Assembly: GCF_006345805.1 (NCBI RefSeq)
Contig: NC_043013.1
Location: forward strand, 50,530,001-50,594,000
DNA length: 64,000 nt
Direction of reading: 5' to 3'
From: Octopus sinensis
Taxonomy: Eukaryota
The notes below the pieces were generated by a model that did no database searches, was not told where the DNA came from, and saw only the letters and a program-made list of their open reading frames with translations. Both the position numbers and the translations under genes were made by a program. Each line of letters begins with the position of its first letter. The first letter of the stretch is position 1. Shown here piece after piece: positions 52,652 through 64,000 of the stretch.

Positions 52652-53101
52652 AAAAAATTAGCGTATATTTATACACAAAGAGGCAAGCCATAACAGGTTG
52701 TCTAACATACTAGAAAGAACAGGCAAAACGTCCAAAACCGCAGTTAAGAGCAATTTCAAAAGGAATGAAAAATAAAAACATTTATCATGTTTTACAGCCG
52801 CACTTCAGGTTTTGAACCTTAATTAGCAAACAAAATAATTAGCAAGGCAAAGTTCTCATCAGCAGATATGCCAAAACATTAACATATAAATTAGAGACAA
52901 AATAACACATGTCTCATCCTTATATATTATAATTTTCTAAATCCACCATGCAAGCACAGTTTCAATTGATAGCAAATAAAAATTGTGATGAACCTTCAGA
53001 AATTGCTAAAATCATTTCTTAAATTTATGACTGTTCTTTCTAGTATGTTAGGCAACCTGTTAAAGGCTTGCCTCTTTGTGTATAAATGTACACTAATTTT
53101 T
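52652..53101. mobile_element. MITE-like element, ~71-bp inverted arms around ~310 bp
   Basis: Arms 52652-52722 and 53031-53101 (TTTATACACAAAGAGGCAAGCC..AACAGGTTG.CTAACATACTAGAAAGAACAG). Confidence 0.8.
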
Positions 53102-53171
53102 ATATGAAAAATATGTCTATTTTTCTTTGTAGACATGCTAGGCACTGGTAGAAAACATTTCTTTAATTTTC

Positions 53172-53213
<42 letters not shown>

Positions 53214-53973
53214 TAGCAGCATAGCCCGGCGTTGCCCGGGTATGTAAGAGCCCCTGGTAGGCAACGACTAATCCCAATCTAGTGCTTTCCCTCTATGGAA
53301 CGAAGGCGCATGTGTAGGTTGCAATGTCTTCTCTTCACTCCCAAATAACTATCAAACAGCTATCGATAATTCAACCCAACCAATTCCTACCAGGAAGAAA
53401 TTACATTCGAGACTTTACTCCCAACACTGCCACTTCTGCTAATAGCTGCTGCAGCCGCAAGTTATTCGAATCCTTTTTTTGTTTAAACTAACAGAAAATG
53501 TGTTGCATATAAAAAGCTTAGATTCTCAACCCATGTCAAATTTATCGATTTTTTTCAGAACTGGGGGAACTTTTCAAAATTTTCGCTGCGTTAGTTTTGA
53601 ATTATGACATTGGGCTATGTGTGTGTCAAGTTTCTTCAGAATCGGTTGAAAGTCGTGGTCAGGGTGAGGGTACAACCTGACAGACACACAGACAGACAAA
53701 CTGCCGTTTATATATAGATATATATATATATATAGTTGTGGCTGTGTGGTAAAAAGCCTGCTTCCCAATCACATGGTTTGGGGTTCACTCCTAGTACATG
53801 GCACCTGGGGCAGGTGTCTTCTACTATTGCCTCAGGTTGACCAAAGCTTTGTGAGTGGATTTGGTAGATGGAAACTGAAAGAATCCCATCGTATATATAT
53901 ATATCTCTATCTATATATCTATCTATCCATCCATCCTTCCATCCCTACGACGGGCTTGATTCAGTTATATATA

Positions 53974-54575
53974 TAGTATTATTAGTGAATTGAAGAAATG
54001 GAGTTGAACGAAGATTGAACAGAATTCCTTTTATTGCATTCTACACATGTTTCAAAAACCACAATTTTCCAAATTCTGATTAAATAAGGATCCCATATTG
54101 TGGCTTTCTCTTCAGGAAAAAAATAGGAATTCCGTTGGCAGAACAAAACAGAACAGAGGCGCAGCAAAGCAATTTGAACGAGGCGGCTCTTAAAGAGCCG
54201 CCTCTTAAAGAGCCGCCTCGTTCAAATTGCTTTGCTGCGCCTCTGTTCTGTTTTGTTCTGCCAACGGAATTCCTATTTTTTTCCCGAAGAGAAAGCCACA
54301 ATATGGGATCCTTATTTAATCAGAATTTGGAAAATTGTGTTTTTGAAACATGTGTAGAATGCAATAAAAGGAATTCTGTTCAATCTTCGTTCAACTCCTT
54401 TCTTCAATTCACTAATAATACTAAAATTCAATTATCCGCACCAACGCACGGTTGTAACACCAAAAGGTTTTATCTCCAACCGTGCTTTCTTCTGCCGTGA
54501 TTTTTGCTACCAAGGTATCGGTTAAACTTTTGATTAATCTGCAACAAGATTATTCATCTTTCTATTTTACCAAAC
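53974..54575. mobile_element. Asymmetric fold-back element (~218-bp arms plus 152-bp tail), Penelope pLTR-like
   Basis: 53974-54191 is the reverse complement of about 54207-54423. A 15-nt tandem duplication TTAAAGAGCCGCCTC lies at the apex. TA repeats on both sides. Confidence 0.9.
54018..54136 (-). ncRNA. Type I hammerhead ribozyme-like fold with long stem II and extended stem I
   Basis: Core CTGAAGA (54115-54109), 12-bp stem II GAAAGCCACAAT/ATTGTGGTTTTT, GAAA (54053-54050), stem III ACATGTGT, GTA triplet, and distal stem I AACGGAATTCCT/AGGAATTCTGTT. Confidence 0.72.
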
Positions 54576-55266
54576 TATATATATATATATATATATATAT
54601 CTGTGCATGTGCTTGTCCCTGCCATCACCACCTGACAACTGGTGTTGGTGTGTTTACATCCTTTAACCTTAGCGTTTCAGCAAAGAGACCGATAGAATAA
54701 GTACTAGGCTTCAAAAATGTATTCTTGGGGGTCGATCGTTCAACAAAAACGCTTCAAGGCAGTGCTCCAGCATGGCTGCAGTCAAATGACTGAAACAAGT
54801 AAAAGAATATGAAGAAGGATAAATATATATACACCCCCTCCCCCACTTATTTATGTGTGTATGCATATCCTTTGTATTTGTTTCAGTCATTTGATTGTGG
54901 CCATGCTGGAGCACTGCATTTAGTCAAACAAATCGACCCCAGGACTTATTCTTTGTAAGCCTAGTACTTATTCTATCGGTGTCTTGTGGCAAACTGCTAA
55001 GTTATGAGGATGTAAACACACCAGCATTGGTTGTCAATCGATGGTGGGGGAAATTCACAGATACACAAACATACATGTATATACATACATACATACATAA
55101 TACAAAATGGGACAAGAATGCAAAGCATCCGGACAACTAAGTGATACAAAAAGGGACATTAAAACATCCAGATAGACGATACAAAAAGACAAGGACAGGT
55201 CATTCGAAGCTTTTTATCCTCAGTCAAGAACCAGATCATCCTCGCCTTTTGGCTGATTATATATAT

Positions 55267-55317
<51 letters not shown>

Positions 55318-56715
55318 CACACACGGGCTTCTTTCAGTTCCGTCTACCAAATCCACTCACAAGGCTCTGGTCGACCTGAAGCTATAGTAGAAGACACTTG
55401 CCCAACGTGACATGCAGTGGGACTGAACCCGGAACCATGTGGTTAGGAAGCAATCTTCTTACCATGCAGCCACTCCTGCATCTATATGTATAGACTAGCT
55501 GGCCCCGTGCCATCAAAAAATTATAGCTAATTGTAGTATTTTATATATAAATATGGATGGTAAATCAAATTAATACACTTGTCAATGTTATCTAGTGGTT
55601 GTCTTTTGAGATGTGACGCCGATCATCGTTTGTTCACATATACAAACATTCACATAGATCCCTTGTACACGCACACACGTACGCACATATACTCACACAG
55701 AGCTGAAACGCTGTTTGATTTCTCTTTCCAGCATTGAATGTTTACCATCCCACTTCCATTGCATACACACACACAAACAACATTCACATACCTCCCTTTT
55801 ACATACACACGCAGAGTTGAAACGCTCCCACTACCAGTTTGCCATCACCCCTTCCTTCATTATTCATATGTTGTGATGGAGAAAAACACAAAAGTATTAT
55901 TATAATAGATTATTGTTATTAATGTGGTGAACTGACAGAATCATTAGCACAGTGGTTTAGCTGAACATATTGAGCCCAGTGTTTATTCTATCGGTCTCTT
56001 TTGCCAAACTGCTAAGTTATAGGGATGTAAACAAACCAACACCAGTTGTCAAGAGTGGCTGGAGGACAAACAGACACAAAGGCACCATCTTGCAGAGCGG
56101 AAGTGTTTAGGCTGAAAGGATGAAAGGCAGTGTTGACCTCGGCAGAATTTGAACTCAGAACATAGCGGCAGACAAAATACCACAAAGCATTTCGCCCGGC
56201 ATCCTAACGTTTCTGCCAGCTCGCCGTCTTTTTTACATTTCTATTTACCAAAGCCACTAACAAGGCCTTGGCTGGGCTAAGTCTTTAGCAGACAATACTC
56301 ACCTCACCCACATTGCCATGCCGTGGGATCGAACACAGAACCTTGTGGTCAGGGAACAAGCTTCTTACCACACAATCATGTCTTCGCTTATACACATGTA
56401 TTTGAATCAGGAGCAAAACAGGGTGGGTGGCTGGGGGTTGTCGAAGTGGGTATAGATGTATCAGATGACCGGATTGTCAAGCTGCATGTTTATATGTCGT
56501 GACCAGCCGTCCCCTGTGCCACGACACTTGCTCTCAGTTTCCCTCCTCTCCCTACACCTCGTCCTCCTGTTGCTGCTGTAGAACAGATAGCAATCTCTGA
56601 GAGAAATTCGCTACACAATACAGACCATTGTTTAGTGTCGGGCGAAAAGAACAAGAGGAGGGCCGCCTAGAGTAGAGGTGGCTTTGTTGTCTGTCATCCA
56701 CTTATTAAGACAACA

Positions 56716-56756
<41 letters not shown>

Positions 56757-57377
56757 GTTGTTGTTGTTGTCTGTGGAATGGAGCTAACTAGCTTCATCAG
56801 CTACTGTTCATCATGGAATGGTTTATGTTCTTCATGGAACTGAATAAATCATTAGAAAATAAACTGAAGCCGGGAGATTCTTTTTTTTTTTTGTTTTTCT
56901 TTTTCTTCTTAGATATGATGGTGGAATGGGGTGGGGAAGGGGTGAAGCCGAGGAAAAAAACACAAAAATAATTATAAATAAAGTAAAAGATGAAAGTGAA
57001 ATAAGCATCAAGTTTCTCAAGAACTAAACGGATATATATATGTGTGTGTATGTATATGCGTGTACATATATGTGTACATATATGTGTGTGAATATACTTA
57101 TATATATAGGCATAGGCGTGTGTGGCAAGTAGTTTGTTTACCAGCCACATGGTTCCAGGTTCAGTCCCACTGTGAGGCAACTTGGGCAAGTGTCTTCTAC
57201 TATAGCCTTGGATTGACCGAAGCCTTGTGAGTGGATTTGGAAGATGGAAACTGAAAGAAGCCCATCTAATTTAATATAGTATAATATAATATAATATATT
57301 TATACTATAAAATTGGATTTAATCCTAAATCTCATTTTTCCCTGTAAGTTTGGATTTATTCCCTAATATTATTATTA

Positions 57378-57423
<46 letters not shown>

Positions 57424-59219
57424 CTGTGTTTGTCCTGCCGCTATCACTTGACAACTGATGCTGGTGTGTTTATGTCCCTGTAACTTAGCTGTTCGGCGAA
57501 AGAGACCGATATAATAAGTACTAAGCTTACAAAGAATAAGATGTGGGGTCGATTTGTTCGACTAAAGGCAGTGCTCCAGCATGGCTGCAGTCAAATGACT
57601 GAAACAAGTAAAAAAAATAAAAGAATATGTATATATATATATAAAGAATAAGTCCCGGGGTCGATTTACTCGACTAAAAGGCGGTGCTCCAGCATGGCCG
57701 CAGTGAAATGACTAAAACAAGTAAAAGAGTAAATATATATATATATATATATATATCTTTTTATCTTTTACTTTTTTCAGTCATTGGACTGTGGCCATGC
57801 TGGGGCACTGCTTTGACAGGTTTTAATTGAGCAAATCAACTCCAGGACTTATTTTTCTAAAGCCTCATACTTACTTATTCTATCAGTCATTTTTGCTGAA
57901 CCACTAAGTTACGGGGATTTAAGCAAATCAACTCTGGTTGTCAAGAAGTGGTAGGGACAAACACAAAACAACACACAATGCACACACACGCATGCACACA
58001 TACATATGATGGGCTTCTTTCAGTTTCTGTTTACCAAATCCACTCACAAGGCTCTGGTCAGCCCGAGGCTATAGTAGAAGACATTTGCCCAAGGTACCAC
58101 TCTGTGGGATTGAACCCAGAACCATGTGGTTGGGAAGCAAGCTTCTTTCCACTGTTATTGTCTATAAGTAGATGTATTTGTGTATATATTTGTATATCTG
58201 CATAAATGTGTATATATACACATTATATGTATATATATGTGCCGGTGGCACGTAAAAAGCACCATCCGTTCGTGGCCGTTGCCAGCCTCACCTGGCACCT
58301 GTGCCGGTGGCATGTAAAAAGCACCCACTACACTCACGGAGTGGTTGGCATTAGGAAGAGCATCCAGCTGTAGAAACATGGCCAGATCTGACTGGGCCTG
58401 GTGCAGCCTTCTGGCTTCCCAGAACCCTGGTCGAACCGTTCACCCCATGCTAGCATGGAAAGCGGACGCTAAACGATGATGATTCATATATGTATATATA
58501 CATATATGTATATATACATATATGTAAATATACATATATGTATATGTATATATATACATATAAGAATAAGCCCTGGGGGGTCGATTTGCTCGACTAAAGG
58601 CGGTGCTCCAGCATGGCCGCAGTCAAATGACCGAAACAAGTAAAAGAGTAAAAAAGAGTATAACTATATTTGTACACACACACACACAAACATATATTTA
58701 CATTCCTATGATCTAAACACCAAAGTAGATTTTTGCATGTGAAGACTTTATTTTGGCATTTTTAAGGAAATGAGTGAAAAATACATCATTTTTGAAATTT
58801 TCGAAAAATTTTTTTAAATTTTATATTTGCACATTTATTTATTTTTTTTTTGTTTAGGGAGGAAAGGTCTTCAAAATGAAGATAAACAGTTGCGGATTAA
58901 TAGTGGTGCACTCTTAATTCCTTAAGATTAATCACAAACTATGTGTGTGTGTGTGTGTATGTACACACACTCACACACACACATAGATATGCATACATGT
59001 ATACATATAAGTACACACACACACATGTACATATATATGCATATATACACCGATGTATATTGACATATATACATGCATACACACACACACACACACATAC
59101 ATACATATATGTATACATAAGTACACATACATTTATATATATATACATTTATATATATATACTACATTTATATATATATATACATACATTTATACATTTA
59201 TATTATATACATACATTTA

Positions 59220-59259
<40 letters not shown>

Positions 59260-59549
59260 CATTTATATATATTTATATATATATACATACATTTATATAT
59301 ATATATATATGTAGTCATACAAATATATTTCACTCATATATACAAATACATACACACAAACACGTATGTCTGTGTGCATGTGTATATATGTATATATCTA
59401 TCTACACATACACATACATACACAGATGTATATGTACACCCACAGATGTCAGGCATGTATGTATGTGTATGTAATATATATATATATACATATTCATTGA
59501 TTTGTGTGTGAGTACATATATACATGCCAACAAATGTGTGCATATATGC

Positions 59550-59582
<33 letters not shown>

Positions 59583-61452
59583 GAGAGAGAGAGAGAAACA
59601 GGGTATCAACTGAAATAAACTCGGTGAAATTAAAGCTTGTTATTGACCGAATCATAGAGAAAGAGAGGAAGGAAGGAAGAATAAAAATAAAGAAAGAAGT
59701 GAAAAGTGACTTCAAGGGAGCAGGTGGGGGTGGAAAAGGTGCAGCCGCGGGGTGGGGTGGTTATACAAAGCAAAAACATAACAAAAACACCCCGAAAAAT
59801 CCCACCCCTAAAATAAGGAAGTTTCTGCTATCTCTGTTGAAATGAAGAATTATAAGTTTGGGATTTTTTTATCTGAACACACGAGTCAGGGAGGGGTGGG
59901 AAGACCCTCTTTTTATGGTGACATAAGAGTTGGGGGTCAACCAAGGGCTGATCCCTTTCTATAAACTAAATTGTCACTTGATAATTATGTGGGATGGGGG
60001 TGCAGGAGGTGAGGAAGGCCTTAATATATATATTTTTTTTGGTTTTTTAGGGTGTTTTTTAATTTCTTTTGTTTTATGTACTATCTTTGTCTGTCATTCT
60101 GTCAGTCTGTAGAGGTGATTTAAGGGTGAAGTGAGGTGGATTTAGGGGCGCATGAGAGACTGAGGAACTTTCCCTTGTTCATGTTGAGTTCTCATGCAAT
60201 GCTTTGCTGCAATGTTTAGGGTTCTTTTTTTTTTTGCTGTTTTTATTGTTTTTTGCTGTTTTTTTAATGTTTTTTTGCCTTTGTTTTTGTTATTGACGTA
60301 ACAATGAGGTTTGTTCAGAAGTTAGTATTTACATGTAAACAGACAGCCAGATAAATATTCATTAGAAAACTTCATGCCCAATATGTGTGTGTGTACGTGT
60401 ATGCACACCAATGTTTGTATGTATGTATGTGTGTGTGTGTGTATATGTGTGTATGTATGTGTGTGTGTATGTATGTGTGTGTATGTGTATGTGTGCGTGT
60501 ATGCATGCGTGTATGTATGTGAGTATGTATGTGTGTGTATGTATGTATGTATGTGTGCATATATGTATGTGTATGTATGTATATGTATGTATGTATCTGT
60601 ATATACATATGTATATGCACATGTACATAAAAATGTGTTTGTATGAATATATATATATATGTAGGTACAGGTGTGGCTATGTGGTAAGAAGCTTGCTTCC
60701 CAACCACATGATTCCAGTTCAATCCCATTGCACAGCACCTTGGGCAAGTGTCTTCTATTATAGCCTCGGGACAACCAAAGCCTTGTCAGTGGATTTAGTA
60801 AACGATGGGCTTCTTTCAGTTTCTATATATATAATGTATGTATTTGTATGTCTGTGTTTGTCCTGCTACTGTCGCTTGGCAACTGATGTTTACATGCCCG
60901 TAACTGAGCGGTTTGGCAAAAGGGGCCGATAGAATAAGTGCTAGGCTCACAAAGAAAAAGTCCCTGGGTCGATTTGTTTGACTACAGGTGGTGCTCCAGC
61001 ATGGCCGCAGTCAAATGACTGAAACAAGTGAAAGAATAAAAGAACATACACACACACACACTGACATGTGTGTGTGTGTGTGTATATTTAAGTATATATG
61101 TATCCACATGTACACAGACATGCAGACAGATGTGTGGTATATACAAATGTTTATTTCTGTGTAATTATATATTTCCAGGCTCTCTCTCTTTCACACACAC
61201 ACACACACACACGTTTACATACATATACATACAAATGCCCACACACATTCTATTAAATACATGCTTAGTCTTCGTCATTCATATACATGTGTATGTGTGT
61301 GCGCACACACACACACACACTCACAGAATCAGACAAGCAATTTATAGGCTGTCATACATGTTGTTCAATCTGAAGAGAACTTCTTTCAGGAAGCCAGACA
61401 ATTTCCTTATCTAATTCCTCCTCCTCTTCTGCCTCCTCTTCTCTTCCCCCAG

Positions 61453-61517
61453 CCATGCAACTAAATCTACTCAGTGGACACACCCCGTCAGTGGTAAAAA
61501 GAAAATTGTAAAAGGAG
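61453..61517 (+). CDS. WWOX: WWOX coding exon 2 (end of WW1 plus NLS-like segment)
   Basis: Polypyrimidine tract then CCAG| acceptor. The 65-nt exon reads (N)HATKSTQWTHPVSGKKKIVKG(D), versus human [23 protein letters not shown]. Donor GAG|GTCAGT. Phase is compatible with exon 1 and length equals human exon 2. Confidence 0.95.
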
Positions 61518-62419
61518 GTCAGTATAGAATTTTTTTCGTTTTCTTTTCTTTTTTTTTTTTCAATGCACAAAATATCTTTAAACTTTGTTATAAAATGTAC
61601 TTTGCCTTCTCGTAAACTTCCCATGGCTCTCAGCAACTGCCCCAGGTTTATTTTGTTTGCTTTGTTTTTTTTTTAACTGGTTTGTCACCCACCCGACTGA
61701 CTCATACCCATCACTCACAAACAAGTACGATCTGGTTGCAGGTACCCTGATTTCCTAATTATTGTCGGAAGCGGAAAGACCCACACTCCGCAGCGGAAGG
61801 GTTCAGGCTGCTTTCCTTGGTGTAGAGGATTGGTCTGCAAGAGTCCTGTACTGGTGCCACACGAAAAGCACTCATGCTGGTGCCATGTGACAGCGCTTGA
61901 GTGGTGCCACCTTAAAGGCACCCAACAAACACCATAAAGTGGTTAGCATTAGGAAGGGCATCCGGATGTAGAAACCAAACCATATCAGACTGGGACCCAG
62001 TGCAGCTCTCTGGCTTGCCAGCTCTGGTCAAATTGTCCAGCTCATGCTAGCATGGACAATGGACATTAAATGATGATGATGAAGCAGACAGAGACAACCT
62101 CTTGCTCTTTCCACCCAATGGCATTTAAGGTATGGATAGGAATAAGGGTAGAATAAAAGATCCTTGCTGAGTCATATAGATTCAGAGGGCCAGTTTTGCT
62201 GGTTTCTGTGGTGCATCTATTCCCCCTGGACAGGACACCGGTTCATCACAAGGTTACTAATTTTGGCCATTTGAGTGAATGGGAGCAACATGAAATGAAG
62301 TGCATTGCCTGATCCAGGAATTGAAACCACAATCTTACGATCATGAGTCCAACACCCTAACCACTAAGCTACCTGCACAGGTACATTGGACAGTTGTTCA
62401 AGATCCTCACAAATGAAGG

Positions 62420-62915
62420 GGCTCAATTCTTATCTACGTATTTTGTGGCTGGCTGGCAATAAATAAATTCTATAGATCCCCATACATTTGATTTGCTCGG
62501 GGACATCATGGGTCTAGGGTCCCAGTTCTGATCTATGTAGGATGTAGCTTCCTGTCAATAAATACTATAGGGCCGAGTGAATTGATTTTTCTCGGAGCTA
62601 CACAAATCTAGGGGTTTCTACAAGTCTAGGGTAACCAATTCTTAACTGTGTATGTTGCGGCTTGCTCTCAATAAATAAATACTACAGGGCCCAGTGAATT
62701 GACTTTCCTGGGGACTGCACAAGTTTAGAGGACCCAATTCTAATCTATGTATGCTCTGGCTTGCTATCAATAAATGAATTCATACAATAGGGCCTGCTGC
62801 ATTAATTTGCCCAGGGGCCTCATAGGTCTAGAAGGACCAGTTCTCATCTATGTATGCTGTGGCTTGCTGTCAGTAAATATATAATATAGGGTCCAGTTCA
62901 TTGATGTGCCCTGGA
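62420..62915. repeat. Degenerate tandem repeat, ~100-bp unit, about 5 copies
   Basis: CA(A/G)TTCT.ATCTATGTATG.TG.GGCTTGCT.TCAATAAAT..ATAGGGCC...ATTGA recurs. Confidence 0.75.
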
Positions 62916-63403
62916 CACCTCTATTGCTGCTTAGACTGTCCTGCTTCCATCCTTGTTCCAGTGGACACAAGATAAAGGGCCTCGCTTAAGGACCCAACTT
63001 GCTGCCTGGTCTAGGAATCGAACTCATGACCTTATTGTTAGTATTGAGTTGTCCCCTTTGATATAAGAATTCTAGGGTCTGCAAGACAAATATGTTGTGT
63101 GTACCAGTAATACACAAATGGTCTTAAACGTGTGCTGACTGCTGTAAATAATTACAACGATGAACGTAACAGCATTAAATACTGGGCTTATGTGATAATT
63201 AATTTTATAATGATTTCTCTTAATTGGCACTCTGTTGGTTATGATGACAAGGGTACTAATTGATCTAATCAATGGAACAGCCTGCTTATAAAATTAGCAT
63301 GTAAGTGGCTGAGCACTCCACAGACATGTATTTCCTTAACCTAGTTCTCAGAGAGGTTCATTGTGGTGCAATGTGACAAGATTGCCCCTTTGAAATACAG
63401 GTA

Positions 63404-63607
63404 GAGTAATCCCTTGACTATCATGGAAGTTATGGTCCAAATGCCCCTTTGATAGGTGAAAATTCGCAAAGTAGAAACAGTACTGTATATTTTAAAAAAT
63501 TATTTTTATAATTTGTATATATTTAATTCATTATAAATGCGAAACAACACCACGGAGGAATGGTCGTAAGCTTAAAGAATAAACCACAATATGGCGAGGG
63601 ATCACTG
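63404..63607. mobile_element. Tigger/pogo-type MITE
   Basis: TIR-like ends GAGTAATCCCTTGACTAT and ATGGCGAGGGATCACTG, flanked by TA. Confidence 0.6.
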
Positions 63608-64000
63608 TACTCCACATTTTTTGCTGGAACAACGTGAAATGAGGGCTAATGGCAAAGGGAGATAATCACCTTGTGTTTACCTTTACAGTGAGGCATTTTT
63701 CTCCTCTATATTTTGAAGAGGTCTTGGGCCAGCAGTATTTGGGGTCTGAAGATACACCGTTAGGCTAACCCCTTATGAGCAAGAAACCAAGGCTAACCCC
63801 ATAAACTGGCCTCCCCCATTATAATATGTATGTATGTATATATGCATATTAGTAATTACCTCCTTAATGAATTCCTTATGGTAGTTTTATGTAGAGTATC
63901 TATCTACAATACCTGAAAGGTTAGCAGGGAATTAATGAACTGGCCCTGTTGTCTACCTTACAGCTTACGAGTGCACCCAAAAGACTTTTGTAAGTCAATA

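Larger units (their letters stand above)
15276..61452 (+). other. WWOX: WWOX intron 1 (46,177 bp)
   Basis: GT...AG intron joining the two exons in frame (AA|C = Asn). Confidence 0.9.

Noticed and set aside
54080-54500. Mirror ORFs on both strands (121 aa and 73 aa)
   Set aside because: A by-product of the palindrome; no protein family features.
55100-55258. Minus-strand CTGAGGA...CGAA as another hammerhead
   Set aside because: No convincing stem II/III or GAAA core; at most a decayed repeat.
218-61414. Numerous YIYI/CVCV/THTH/IIII/YYYY ORFs in the track
   Set aside because: They are translations of (TA)n, (TG)n, (CA)n and (TAA)n microsatellites, which lack stops in some frames.
61742-61825. 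Possible WWOX exon 3
   Set aside because: No frame yields the expected DLPYGWEQ-type WW2 sequence; exon 3 probably lies beyond the window.

Overview
AT-rich, microsatellite- and retroposon-dense eukaryotic DNA whose repeat landscape resembles an octopus (coleoid cephalopod) genome; that assignment is inference. Almost every ORF in the track is a microsatellite artefact. Host genes: a tRNA-Gln(UUG) on the minus strand (14627-14698) and, divergent from it, the first two coding exons of WWOX (15172-15275 and 61453-61517), separated by a 46.2-kb intron. The rest is mobile DNA: R4/Dong-like REL-endonuclease LINE remnants nested in (TAA)n tracts, a young non-coding LTR element with tRNA-Trp PBS and 4-bp TSD, four or five Tc1/mariner relics, MITEs, Helentron-like elements, tRNA-derived SINEs and two Penelope-like GIY-YIG remnants. 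The most interesting signal is at least four unrelated small element families carrying hammerhead-ribozyme-like folds with palindromic stem III. Two sit in long fold-back palindromes inserted in (TA)n (421-577 and 53974-54575), one is linked to a tRNA-like head, and one has a recurrent non-canonical CUGUNGA core. All folds were read by eye and none is experimentally shown to cleave.
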